Source of the DNA: Candidatus Electrothrix sp. GW3-4
GTDB taxonomy: Bacteria; Desulfobacterota; Desulfobulbia; Desulfobulbales; Desulfobulbaceae
Direction of reading: 5' to 3'
Assembly: GCF_037902255.1 (NCBI RefSeq)
Contig: NZ_CP147990.1
Coordinates: forward strand, 2,460,001 to 2,492,000
Length of the DNA stretch: 32,000 nt
Under the pieces are notes generated by a model, which was not told where the DNA came from, did not search any database, and saw only the letters and a list, made by a program, of their open reading frames with translations. Positions 1 through 8,795 of this stretch are shown here, in pieces. The position numbers and the translations under genes are program-made. Each line of letters opens with the position of its first letter. The stretch's first letter is position 1.

Positions 1-718
1 CCCCGAGAAAGAGGGACTGCTGATTATTAGACGGGGCATAGGCGCTATAATCCTCAAGAGCTGCCTTTTTCTCTACCTTGATCTTGGCAAAGAGGCGACC
101 CAGCCCGGAATTGCGCAAGGCACCGTCCTCCACGTTCTGGCCCAGATCAGACTCACCAGCATGGGTGTAGACTACATCCCCATCGGCAGCAATGAGAAAG
201 ACGTCGTAATAGCCATGCTCTTCGACAAAGGAGGCAAACATGGGGCCGTATTTCTCTTTATAGCCGTTCCAGAGGCTGCCGCCAACCTTGCCCCCCTCTT
301 CATGAAGGGCCTCGCCAAACTCCTGGATGGCGTTCTGGGTACTGAGGTTTTTCGTCATCATGGTGGCGTCAGAAAAACGCTTGCCAAAATAGCGCTCCAG
401 GGCCGCTTTCTTCAAGGCCTCAATACCCAGTGTCTTCGCAACAGCATCGGCACGAAGACCCTGAATAACCTCAGAGACCATCTCAATATCAGCATAGGCC
501 TCCCCCAGGTAATCCACAATCTGTCCTTTTTTCAGGTCGCGGATACCCTCCAGCTGGTTATCAGCACGTGCCTCCAGGGCCTTGGCCGCCTGCAACTGGT
601 CAACAAAGGCGTTGACCAGAAAGGGCAAAAGACCAACGGCGAGCATGATCGCAACCAGCTTACCGCGAAGTCCCAGACCTCCAAACCAGCCGGAAGTCGT
701 CCTCTTCAAATTTTTCAT
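1..718 (-). CDS. 5' part of a gene that runs off the left edge: membrane-anchored Cache-like sensor protein, most likely a methyl-accepting chemotaxis protein
   Basis: Absent from the ORF track because it is open to the window edge. My minus-strand translation from the ATG at 718-716 gives MKNLKRTTSGWFGGLGLRGKLVAIMLAVGLLPFLVNAF (basic N-terminus plus one TM helix). It continues ...YYDVFLIAADGDVVYTHAGESDLGQNVEDGALRNSGLGRLF..., typical of periplasmic Cache-type ligand-binding modules. An SD-like GGAGGAGGGG (complement of 724-733) lies 5 nt upstream. The output domain is outside the window, so MCP versus kinase or cyclase is undecided. Confidence 0.6.
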   Translation of the reverse strand, partial: MKNLKRTTSGWFGGLGLRGKLVAIMLAVGLLPFLVNAFVDQLQAAKALEARADNQLEGIRDLKKGQIVDYLGEAYADIEMVSEVIQGLRADAVAKTLGIEALKKAALERYFGKRFSDATMMTKNLSTQNAIQEFGEALHEEGGKVGGSLWNGYKEKYGPMFASFVEEHGYYDVFLIAADGDVVYTHAGESDLGQNVEDGALRNSGLGRLFAKIKVEKKAALEDYSAYAPSNNQQSLFLG

Positions 719-823
719 ACTTTCCCCTCCTCCTGTCTGTTTTCCGATAGTACCGATGGACCGGCTGCTACTGTCCGGTACCGGGCCTCGTTCTGCCGCA
801 CTCCAAAGAACATGCCTCCATAC

Positions 824-856
824 CTCCTTATGGGCTCCTTATGGGCTCCTTATGGG
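824..856. repeat. Perfect 3 x 11-bp tandem repeat (ctccttatggg) in the spacer between the CheB-like gene and the sensor gene
   Basis: Read directly: the units at 824-834, 835-845 and 846-856 are identical. On the minus (coding) strand the unit reads CCCATAAGGAG. Confidence 0.9.
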
Positions 857-925
857 ATTTATATTATTTCTTTAATATATATCGGTATATCTTAAATATT
901 GCAATTGGATCCGTATTTTTTTTTC

Positions 926-2731
926 TCAGGCAGCCATTTCCCCTGCCGAGCTCGCCAGCACGGCCTCAATACTCTTGGGAATTCCCGTATCTGCCAGCAG
1001 TTTGGCCCCAGGGCAGCGGGCTGCTACGGCCCCGGGCATCTCCCGGTACAGGCTCCCTGCCGGATCCTGGACAATCCCGGTCCCACCGACCCGCAAGACC
1101 TCCTCCATCCCCTCTCCTCCATCCTCACCCATCCCGGACAGGACAACAGCCACACTTTTCTCTTTTATTCGCTCGGCCACAGAGTAGAAGAGCATATCTA
1201 TTGACCCCCTGCGCGTGGCAAAAGGGGCTTGAGAAAGATGGAGCACCAATTCCCCCTCCAGCTCATGTACGGTCAGGTACTCATCGCCTGAGGCAAAATA
1301 GCAGACCCCGGCTTCAATCCGGGCGTTATTCTCTGCCCGCCGGATAATCAAGGGGGAAAGCCGGTTGAGATACTTAACAAAGGAATCCAGATGGCGAGAA
1401 GGGGCATAGAACATCACCAGGTATGCCACAGGAAACTGGGCAGATAAATGAGGCAGGAGCTTGAGTAAGGCCCCGTAACCGCCTTCTGCAACGCCCAGGG
1501 CGACAAGCCGTTCGCAGCGCTGACCTGCAAGGGCAAGCGCATCTTTCTTTTCCTGACTCACGGCCCGCACATATTTCACCGCCTCCAGCTCAACTTCCGC
1601 TGCCAGACGCACCTTACGCTCGATCTCGCTGGTCTGCTCCTCAAGATTTATCTCTCCGGTATTCGAGGGCTTAGCAACAAAATCCACTGCCCCGTATTTC
1701 AAGGCATCAAAGGTAACGTCAGCCCCTTCTACAGTCATTGAGCTCAACATCACGGTAGGAGTAGGGGCCTGGATCATCAGGTGTTTGATCGTTGTCAGGC
1801 CATCCATAACCGGCATTTCCACATCAAGGGTCACCACGTCTGGTTTGAGCTGGGGAATGATCTGCAACGCCTCTTCCCCGTTCTCTGCTTCGCCAACAAC
1901 TTCCACAACAGGGTTGTCTTTAAAGATATTGGCAATGACCTTTCGCATCATTCTGGAGTCATCGACAATAAATAAATTAATCTTCTGATCAGCAGCCTTT
2001 ACGCGGCTACCTTCACCCACCCCATGACCAATGGGACTGCCAGCGGCCTCCTTTTTCAATTTGGCTGTGATCAGGACAGTTTCCAAGCCCTTAGGGGTAA
2101 TAAGCTTTTCTACCCCTACTCCTGGTGGCTCCTCGGTGAATCCCAAGGGAGGCCAATCAAATATCTCCAAAGCAGCCTCAACCCCTTGCTTGTTCTCACA
2201 AGAGGCATTCACGAGCATACCGTTTTCAAAGTACAAGACGCCCTGTTTTTTACTGCCGAAATGGACGCGGATGCAGCAGGTTTTCTGCAAGGCCTCAAGG
2301 AAAGAGACTATTTTTCCGACAAATACGCCAGGGATATAGTCATTTTCATCCAGACGTTGGAGCCCTTCAAGAACTGCGCAGCCAATGGTCTCCAGGTTTG
2401 TTGGCTTAACAAGGTAGAGATAAATAGAATCTTTAAAATGACACTCTCGCACCGCGTCAACAGAGCGGTGCTTCTCCGAGATCATAACGATGCATTGGAT
2501 ATGTCGATAAGAAGAGGAAACAAGGGAGAGCAGGGCCAACGCGTCAATATTTTCCGCATTAAGATTAAGCACAAGAACAGCTATTTTTTCTTTTTTCAGG
2601 GCAAATATTTCATCCCCCCTGTTCGTGGCGGTCAGCACCTCGTACTGACTGTAGGCGGACAGAACGTCACAGAGATCATTGACAAAGGTCAGATCGTCAT
2701 CAACAATGAGAATTTTAGATATATCAGACAT
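926..2731 (-). CDS. Multidomain signalling protein: pseudo-receiver, DUF4388/PATAN domain, CheY-like receiver and a CheB-type methylesterase-like domain with a degenerate catalytic triad
   Basis: 601-aa ORF. The N-terminal REC-like fold (ILIVDDD...LVKP) has Asn at the expected phospho-acceptor position (VLVLNLN). GKIVSFLEALQKTCCIRVHFGSKKQGVLYFENGMLVNASCENKQGVEAALEIFDW matches the DUF4388/PATAN pattern. The second REC (FIVDDSRMMRKV...VTLDVEMPVMDG) resembles the E. coli CheB receiver. The C-terminal domain aligns by eye with the CheB esterase (LSGMGEDGGEGM). Confidence 0.85.
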   Translation of the reverse strand: MSDISKILIVDDDLTFVNDLCDVLSAYSQYEVLTATNRGDEIFALKKEKIAVLVLNLNAENIDALALLSLVSSSYRHIQCIVMISEKHRSVDAVRECHFKDSIYLYLVKPTNLETIGCAVLEGLQRLDENDYIPGVFVGKIVSFLEALQKTCCIRVHFGSKKQGVLYFENGMLVNASCENKQGVEAALEIFDWPPLGFTEEPPGVGVEKLITPKGLETVLITAKLKKEAAGSPIGHGVGEGSRVKAADQKINLFIVDDSRMMRKVIANIFKDNPVVEVVGEAENGEEALQIIPQLKPDVVTLDVEMPVMDGLTTIKHLMIQAPTPTVMLSSMTVEGADVTFDALKYGAVDFVAKPSNTGEINLEEQTSEIERKVRLAAEVELEAVKYVRAVSQEKKDALALAGQRCERLVALGVAEGGYGALLKLLPHLSAQFPVAYLVMFYAPSRHLDSFVKYLNRLSPLIIRRAENNARIEAGVCYFASGDEYLTVHELEGELVLHLSQAPFATRRGSIDMLFYSVAERIKEKSVAVVLSGMGEDGGEGMEEVLRVGGTGIVQDPAGSLYREMPGAVAARCPGAKLLADTGIPKSIEAVLASSAGEMAA

Positions 2732-3426
2732 GAATCATACAGCAAATTCAATTTGTAAGGAAATCCTTTGACATATGCAAAGTATGCTTTTCAAGCAATC
2801 CCCAGAAAAAAACGACCGCCATATCAGCACCCGAACTCCATCACCTTTCTAAGATAGCATATCTCAAACTGAAATCAAATTTTTATTAACAGTATTGAAA
2901 GGATTCGTGCAGTATCCTCAGGAGCGGCCCAAGCAACATAACGTCACCCCTTCTTTAATACATACCTCCTGACCACCTTTCTGGAAAGAATTATTATCAA
3001 CTCAACCCATCTACGACCTATTTTTCTGCACGATTAGCGTAAGATAGAAAATCTATTCATACTCACGGCCTCCTCTCTCCAGGAAAGACAACGCGCCCCA
3101 ACCTATCGTCTCGTTCCGCAGCAGAAAAAGCCGGGCAAAGGGGCAAGGCCATGAAGGCCGGTTGTACGGACGCGGGGCAGCCCCTTGAGAGGACGCAGGT
3201 GTGAAGCAACTCCAAAAAAACTCCCAAAAGAGTGAACGCGACTTACAAAGAAGAAAACTGACCGGTGCAGATATTAAGGGCAAGGGGCTCCTTGCCCTGT
3301 GCAACGAAACTGCCATCCCAGCGGACAGAGAGAATAAAAGATGAACCTTGGTCGAGCGACTTGAATGCTTCATCCAGCACACCCGGCACCTTCATATAAA
3401 GGATTCTGGCCAGGCAGGGGCCGGGT

Positions 3427-4704
3427 TCAGCCGCAAACGGAAGCGACAATCTTGTCAATAATGCCAGTGGTGGAGGTTGGACAGGTAAAGGCTATTCGCT
3501 CTATTCTTCCCCCAGCAGCTTTGACCTCAGCTGCACCGGCTATCTGCTCCTCGGACCAATCTGCCCCCTTGACCAGGATATCCGGCAACAGGTGGGTAAT
3601 CAGCCTGCGGGGCGTGTCTTCATCAAAGAGCACGACAAAATCCACACAACCAAGCGCTGCCAGGACCCGAGCTCGCGGGCCCTCACCATTCACCGGCCTG
3701 GAGGGCCCTTTCAAGGCCTGCACAGAGCGGTCGGAATTCAAGCCAATGACCAGACAATCTCCACAACGACGAGCCTCTTCCAGGTAGCTGACATGGCCCG
3801 CGTGCAGGAGATCAAAACAGCCATTGGTAAAGACGATTCGACTTCCCTGGGCCCGCAACGGTCTCAGGCGCTCCAACAGGACCTGCTGTTCAAGGACTTT
3901 ATCGCTGTTTTGGCCATACCACGGGCGCTCAGCCACAGAGCAAAAACGGGACCGGACCGCATCAAGGTCCGCCCCCTTGAGCTCTGTCCTAATCACTGCC
4001 GGTTGCGCATCAGCTTCAGCAAGGACCCGACCTGAAGGATCAATAATCATGGAATGACCTGCCAGCTCACCACCAGGGACCTGGCCGCTACCGTTACATG
4101 CCACCACAAAGGCCTGATTCTCCACAGCCCGCGCCTGGAGGAGGATCCGCCAGTGATCAGTACGAACTCTGGGCCATTGTGCAGAGACAACAAGCAGTCT
4201 AGCCCCTGCAAAGACCTGTCTCCGGCTGAGTTCAGGAAAGCGAAGATCATAGCAGACCAAGGCCCCGATCGGACCAAAAGGCGTCTGCACAGCCTGTGCT
4301 TCCTTGCCAGCAGTGAGATATCGATCCTCCTGCCAGGGCCTGAACAGGTGCTGTTTCTGATAACGACCAATAACCCCTTCAGGCCCAACCACAAAGAGAG
4401 AATTAGAGATCTCCCTGGATTCCTGCGTTTCCTGCCTCTCTAATAACGAGCCAGCAAACCATATCCTGCTCTGCGCCGCTTTTTCCTGGAGCTCAGCAAG
4501 GACGTGCGGGGTCTGGTCGGCAAGGGTCCCTATATTTGCATAATCAAAGCCACTCGCCCAAAGTTCGGGCAGGACAACCAAGGTGTCCGCAGAAAAGCGG
4601 GCTGCGGCCAGCATTTTTCGCAATTCATTTAGATTGGCAGCCAGATCACCTTGATGAAGAGGCATCTGCAAACAAGCAACTCGTGGGAAGACATCTCGTT
4701 CCAT
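3427..4704 (-). CDS. Fusion protein: N-terminal carbon-nitrogen hydrolase (nitrilase superfamily) domain plus C-terminal cytidylyltransferase-fold domain of the RfaE/HldE domain II (D-heptose-1-phosphate adenylyltransferase) type
   Basis: 425-aa ORF. The CN-hydrolase Glu-Lys-Cys triad contexts are present (VVLPELW, RYQKQHLF, LVCYDLRFPE). The C-terminal IVFTNGCFDLLHAGHVSYLEEARRCGDCLVIGLNSDRSVQALKGPSRPVN...ILVKGADW carries the HxGH nucleotidyltransferase motif and closely resembles RfaE domain II. Confidence 0.8.
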   Translation of the reverse strand: MERDVFPRVACLQMPLHQGDLAANLNELRKMLAAARFSADTLVVLPELWASGFDYANIGTLADQTPHVLAELQEKAAQSRIWFAGSLLERQETQESREISNSLFVVGPEGVIGRYQKQHLFRPWQEDRYLTAGKEAQAVQTPFGPIGALVCYDLRFPELSRRQVFAGARLLVVSAQWPRVRTDHWRILLQARAVENQAFVVACNGSGQVPGGELAGHSMIIDPSGRVLAEADAQPAVIRTELKGADLDAVRSRFCSVAERPWYGQNSDKVLEQQVLLERLRPLRAQGSRIVFTNGCFDLLHAGHVSYLEEARRCGDCLVIGLNSDRSVQALKGPSRPVNGEGPRARVLAALGCVDFVVLFDEDTPRRLITHLLPDILVKGADWSEEQIAGAAEVKAAGGRIERIAFTCPTSTTGIIDKIVASVCG

Positions 4705-5408
4705 TACCCCATCTCCTTGAGGGCCTGGGTGGCAAGATCGGCAACCGAAACCGTGGTGAAAACACCGTGGTTATAGAGACGCAACCTCCTCTGGTCATTT
4801 GTTGCGAGTTCCTGCAAACGCTCCATTGCCTCGGGACGTCCCAGCAGACCGATTGCCCGCGCAGCTAGCCCACAGACCGTTGCGTCAGGAGACGCCAGGT
4901 AGGGAGGCAGATCATGCTCTACCCCACGAGCAAGCAAACGTCCCTTATGACACTGGGCTAAGCGCCCCACAGCCCAGATGAGGCCCTGCTGTAGCATCTC
5001 ATGTTCAAGAAAATTTCCGTCCTGCCACTCCTCTTCACCATCTGGTCGCATGTAGGAGATCAGCATATGGATATACTCATCAGCCAAGCCCGCATGACAG
5101 CACATGATCTCGGCCATAGATTCCGGCGCACCCCAGCCGATACCACCAGACTCATCATTCAAACTCCACAGCATACGACGAAGAATCACCCGGGCCTCTT
5201 CCATGTCCTGCTCCGCCAACCGGGCTACGGCCCCGCCCATGGCAGAGACCGCATGCCAACGGATTCGCTCGTCCGGGTGACAGATCCCGAAAAAGAGGGC
5301 GTTAACCAATTCTTTTTCCTGGAGGAGGGTGAGTTCCGTTTCAATGCTGGCGAGATCGTCCTGCTTCAGCAACTCAAGCACGTGTTGCTTAATTGCTCGT
5401 GTTCCCAT
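4704..5408 (-). CDS. HEAT-repeat-like protein resembling the DVU0298 family (function unknown)
   Basis: 234-aa ORF. Helical-repeat sequence (ERIRWHAVSAMGGAVARL..., WSLNDESGGIGWGAPESMAEI) matches what I recall of the DVU0298 family. Its stop overlaps the start of the downstream CN-hydrolase fusion gene at position 4704, which suggests translational coupling. Confidence 0.55.
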   Translation of the reverse strand: MGTRAIKQHVLELLKQDDLASIETELTLLQEKELVNALFFGICHPDERIRWHAVSAMGGAVARLAEQDMEEARVILRRMLWSLNDESGGIGWGAPESMAEIMCCHAGLADEYIHMLISYMRPDGEEEWQDGNFLEHEMLQQGLIWAVGRLAQCHKGRLLARGVEHDLPPYLASPDATVCGLAARAIGLLGRPEAMERLQELATNDQRRLRLYNHGVFTTVSVADLATQALKEMG

Positions 5409-5469
5409 GCCCTTGTCCCCCGTATTCAGAATTAAAATTCATATCCTTACTCCCTATGCAGGGGAAAAA

Positions 5470-5979
5470 TCACCCCTTTGCAGGCAGGACAAAGACCCGC
5501 TTGGCCATCTCAGCATCCAGCATAAAGAGCCCTGACGAGTCGTTCTGAATCAGACGCAGTTTATTCAATACCTCGCCGACAGAGGCCTCTTCTTCCACCT
5601 GTTCAGAGACAAACCACTGTAAAAAGATCTTGGTTGCATGGTCCTGCTCAGTAATGGCCAGGTCCATCAGGCCATTAATCAAGGCCGTCACCTTCTCCTC
5701 ATGGCCCATAATCTGCTCAAACGCGGCCAGTGGGGTCTTCCAAGCTGAATCCGGCTGGTTAATCGTGTCCAAGATGACCCTCCCCCCACGCTCATTCACA
5801 TAATCGTAAAACTTCATTGCATGATACAGCTCTTCCTGGGCCTGAGCACGCATCCAGGTTGCAAAACCGGATAAACTGATCGAGCGGAAATAAGATTCCA
5901 TGGACAGATAAAGATAACCAGAATACATTTCCTCATTAATCTGGCGTGTTAAGGCGTTCAGCATTTTCTCTTTCAACAT
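5470..5979 (-). CDS. ftnA: Non-heme ferritin
   Basis: 169-aa ORF. LNALTRQINEEMYSGYLYLSM...AQEELYHAMKFYDYVNERGG...GHEEKVT...FLQWFVSEQVEEE shows the ferritin four-helix bundle with ferroxidase Glu and ExxH ligands. Confidence 0.9.
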   Translation of the reverse strand: MLKEKMLNALTRQINEEMYSGYLYLSMESYFRSISLSGFATWMRAQAQEELYHAMKFYDYVNERGGRVILDTINQPDSAWKTPLAAFEQIMGHEEKVTALINGLMDLAITEQDHATKIFLQWFVSEQVEEEASVGEVLNKLRLIQNDSSGLFMLDAEMAKRVFVLPAKG

Positions 5980-6375
5980 ATTTTTCTCCGATATTCCCCT
6001 TCAGTCATCATGACTGTCTTTCAGCAAAAAGACGTTAACAACTTCGGCACACCTGAAGTCCCCCCATGTTCCCAGCAAGGAAAATCAAAAATAATAGCAG
6101 AGTTAACAAGACATTAATGGAATAACCCACGAGCTATCCCTTTTCGAGACTGTCTATATTTATCTGAAAAACTATTGTTCTTTTGCCATGAATCTGTTTT
6201 CTTACAGAAGCATGAAAGGAAAGAATCACCTTGAGATCCTTCTTATCCAGCCACGACAAGGCAATCTTTAACAAGTAACTTCAGCGTCAACAAGAGCCCT
6301 TTTAAAGGGCCATCGAATATATGATCTCCTGGTGCTGCTGCACAACAACTTTTTAGAAAAAAAGCAAAAACAATA

Positions 6376-7593
6376 ATGCGCAGAGTAGTAATAACAGGGA
6401 TGGGAATTGTTTCCTCCCTCGGTGATACAGTGGAGGATGTTCTTACCTCCTTGCAAAAAGGAACATCTGGCATCCGATACTGGCGGCCGTACAAAGAACT
6501 CGGACTTCGCTCTCAGGTCGGGGCATTTACCCGAATAAACTGCAACGAGCATATTGACAAAAAAATACTCCGCTTCATGGGTAATGCAGCCGCCTTTGCC
6601 TATATAGCTATGCAACAGGCGATAAATGACAGTGGTCTCCTCCCCAAGCAGGTCTCTTCGCCACGCACTGGTCTCATAATAGGTTCTGGAGGGACCTCGG
6701 CAGAAAATGTTGTTGCCACAGCCGATACCATGCGCAACAGAGGATTACGTCGCCTCAGCCCCTTTATGGTCCCACGGACCATGTCCAGTACGGTCTCAGC
6801 AGGCCTGACAGCGCCCTTTAAGATCAAGGGGACCTGTTATTCCATTTCCTCTGCCTGTGCCACCGGGGCCCATTGTATTGGCGCGGCAATGGAACAGATC
6901 CAGCTTGGAAAACAGGATATCGTCTTTGCTGGCGGGAGTGACGAGGAGCACTGGACCCAGACCTCAATGTTCGACGCGATGGGGGCCCTGTCCACAAACT
7001 TCAATAACACACCGGAACAGGCGTCCCGACCATACGATATCGATCGGGACGGATTTGTGGTCGCCAACGGCGCTGGCTTGCTGGTCCTGGAAGAACTTGA
7101 GCATGCTCGTCAGCGCGGGGCAAGGATTTACGGAGAGCTCATCGGCTACGGGGCAACAGCAGACGGCCATGAAATGGTGTCACCATCAGGTGAGGGTGCC
7201 TCGCGCTGTATAGAACTTGCCCTTGCCACAGTTTCTGCCCCTATTGATTATATCAATGCCCATGGGACATCCACCCCTATTGGCGATATGACTGAATTAC
7301 AGGCCATCCGCCACGTCTTCGGCAACAGCATTCCTCCGATCAGCTCCACCAAATCACTTTCAGGACATTCCTTAGGCGCTGCCGGGGTGCATGAGGCTAT
7401 CTATTGCCTGCTCATGCTCAATAATAATTTCATTGCAGCAAGTGCCAATATTCATAACCTGGAACCAGCTGCAGAGGACATGAATATTGCCAGGTTAACA
7501 CGAGAGATAGAGCTGCACACCGTTATGTCAAATAGCTATGGATTCGGTGGCACCAATGCCTGTCTTATCTTTCAAAAATATCAGGATGCGTAG
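6376..7593 (+). CDS. fabB: 3-oxoacyl-ACP synthase I (KAS I)
   Basis: 405-aa ORF that appears collinear with E. coli FabB as I recall it ([16 protein letters not shown]..., [35 protein letters not shown]). The active-site Cys and both His contexts are present. Confidence 0.9.
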   Translation: MRRVVITGMGIVSSLGDTVEDVLTSLQKGTSGIRYWRPYKELGLRSQVGAFTRINCNEHIDKKILRFMGNAAAFAYIAMQQAINDSGLLPKQVSSPRTGLIIGSGGTSAENVVATADTMRNRGLRRLSPFMVPRTMSSTVSAGLTAPFKIKGTCYSISSACATGAHCIGAAMEQIQLGKQDIVFAGGSDEEHWTQTSMFDAMGALSTNFNNTPEQASRPYDIDRDGFVVANGAGLLVLEELEHARQRGARIYGELIGYGATADGHEMVSPSGEGASRCIELALATVSAPIDYINAHGTSTPIGDMTELQAIRHVFGNSIPPISSTKSLSGHSLGAAGVHEAIYCLLMLNNNFIAASANIHNLEPAAEDMNIARLTREIELHTVMSNSYGFGGTNACLIFQKYQDA

Positions 7594-7616
7594 ACAGTGG
7601 AAGGGACGATCCCCTC

Positions 7617-8699
7617 TCATTCTCCTTCCCCCTGTTTTTCATCGATACGGCGCAGCCCCTCCATAATGAGTCCCATAAATCCTCCCAAGACAGGAAGCTC
7701 TTTTTCCCTTGCAGCAAGCCCCTTGGTGTAGGTAAACAATCCTTTCTGCTTGGCCAGGAGAGAAAAAATAGCCTCTTTTCCTTCCAGGCTTCCGTATTTA
7801 CAGGAAACTATTTCACCTTCATTAAACAGGGTAACGGCCTGACCTTCATCAAAGACAAATTGCACCTGCCCTGTCTTGCCACCGGAATTGATCAACTGAA
7901 ACAGCTCCACAGAATTGATATCTGTCAGCTCACCGCTCATACCGGAACTGATATTACCCGCCCGCATGGTATTTTCCTGAGCACGGTTTACTAAGACTCT
8001 ATAGAAAAAAATTTGCAGGATAGGATACCTGGACAGGACGTGCTTAAAGTCCTTTGCCTTGAGAGCAGCCAGCTGAACCGCTGTCTTGGAATACACTGAA
8101 GGGTAGGTCAATTCTCCAGAAAGCAGACTCATTTCACCAAAGATATCGCCAGGACCGATCTCTGCTACCACCTCGTTATCCTCACGGACAACAGCCACTG
8201 TTCCGGCTAATACCACGTAGAAATGGGTTCCAAGTTCTCCGGCCTCAATAATGACCTTGTTCGCAGGATACTTTTGCAGCTTCATCAGAAGGGCAAGGTC
8301 CTGGAGATCAAAATCATCCAGAGGCTCAAACAACTCCATCTCCCGAAGTAGACCGAAGAATTCTTCAATAAGTTGTTTCTTTGCCCGTTTTTTCGCGACC
8401 TCAAGAAGATTCATCTGCAAAGTGGAGTAGGCATTCTCCTTTTTATACTCAAAACGAATCAGGCCGGTACAGCCGCCGCACTCAAATTTCGTTCGCCGCA
8501 TCCCGGTCTGGGTGAAACGAGGCTGTAAGGGTCTTGTCCCGGTCAGCGCCTTCAGCACTTCCTGAACCAGCATCAGACAGACTTCTTTATTGTGCTCAAT
8601 GGTCAGCGTGGAATCATGAATGACAAATTCATCGCCAACATTATATATGGGACATGCGTGCTCTTCGGTAACAACGAATACAGCATTGCGATATTCCAT
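7617..8699 (-). CDS. Three-domain signalling protein: conserved Cys4 N-terminal domain, cyclic-nucleotide-binding domain, DUF4388/PATAN domain (paralog 1)
   Basis: 360-aa ORF with Cys16, Cys41 and CGGC at 74-77. The cNMP-binding beta-roll is seen in VIIEAGELGTHFYVVLAGTVAVV...IGPGDIFGEMSLLSG. The C-terminal GELTDINSVELFQLINSGGKTGQVQFVFDEGQAVTLFNEGEIVSCKYGSLEGKEAIFSLL fits DUF4388. Confidence 0.8.
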   Translation of the reverse strand: MEYRNAVFVVTEEHACPIYNVGDEFVIHDSTLTIEHNKEVCLMLVQEVLKALTGTRPLQPRFTQTGMRRTKFECGGCTGLIRFEYKKENAYSTLQMNLLEVAKKRAKKQLIEEFFGLLREMELFEPLDDFDLQDLALLMKLQKYPANKVIIEAGELGTHFYVVLAGTVAVVREDNEVVAEIGPGDIFGEMSLLSGELTYPSVYSKTAVQLAALKAKDFKHVLSRYPILQIFFYRVLVNRAQENTMRAGNISSGMSGELTDINSVELFQLINSGGKTGQVQFVFDEGQAVTLFNEGEIVSCKYGSLEGKEAIFSLLAKQKGLFTYTKGLAAREKELPVLGGFMGLIMEGLRRIDEKQGEGE

Positions 8700-8795
8700 A
8701 TATTCTCACTCCATTTTATCTGAACATCACTTGCCACGACTTTGCAGACTCCGGGATCTTTTCCTTCCGAGCAGGACACCCGGATGCTGCACAAA

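Noticed and set aside
824-856. Possibility that the short tandem repeats represent a CRISPR array
   Set aside because: The units are 11 bp and directly adjacent, with no spacers. No CRISPR-like repeat-spacer structure exists anywhere in the window.
161-895. 244-aa plus-strand ORF and the overlapping 97-aa ORF (582-875)
   Set aside because: They are antisense to a much more convincing minus-strand gene (Cache-type sensor with TM helix and SD). Their sequence shows no recognisable domain.
2024-2758. 244-aa plus-strand ORF
   Set aside because: It is antisense to the REC-PATAN-REC-CheB-like gene and has no domain signal.
3053-3458. 109-aa and 71-aa minus-strand ORFs in the long spacer
   Set aside because: They have low-complexity, Ser/Pro/Leu-rich sequences, no SD and no recognisable family. 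One overlaps the 3' end of the CN-hydrolase fusion gene. The region is kept only as an unexplained spacer.
6376-7593. fabB without an adjacent fabA as an anomaly
   Set aside because: fabA and fabB are unlinked in many bacteria, E. coli included, so this is not informative from one window.
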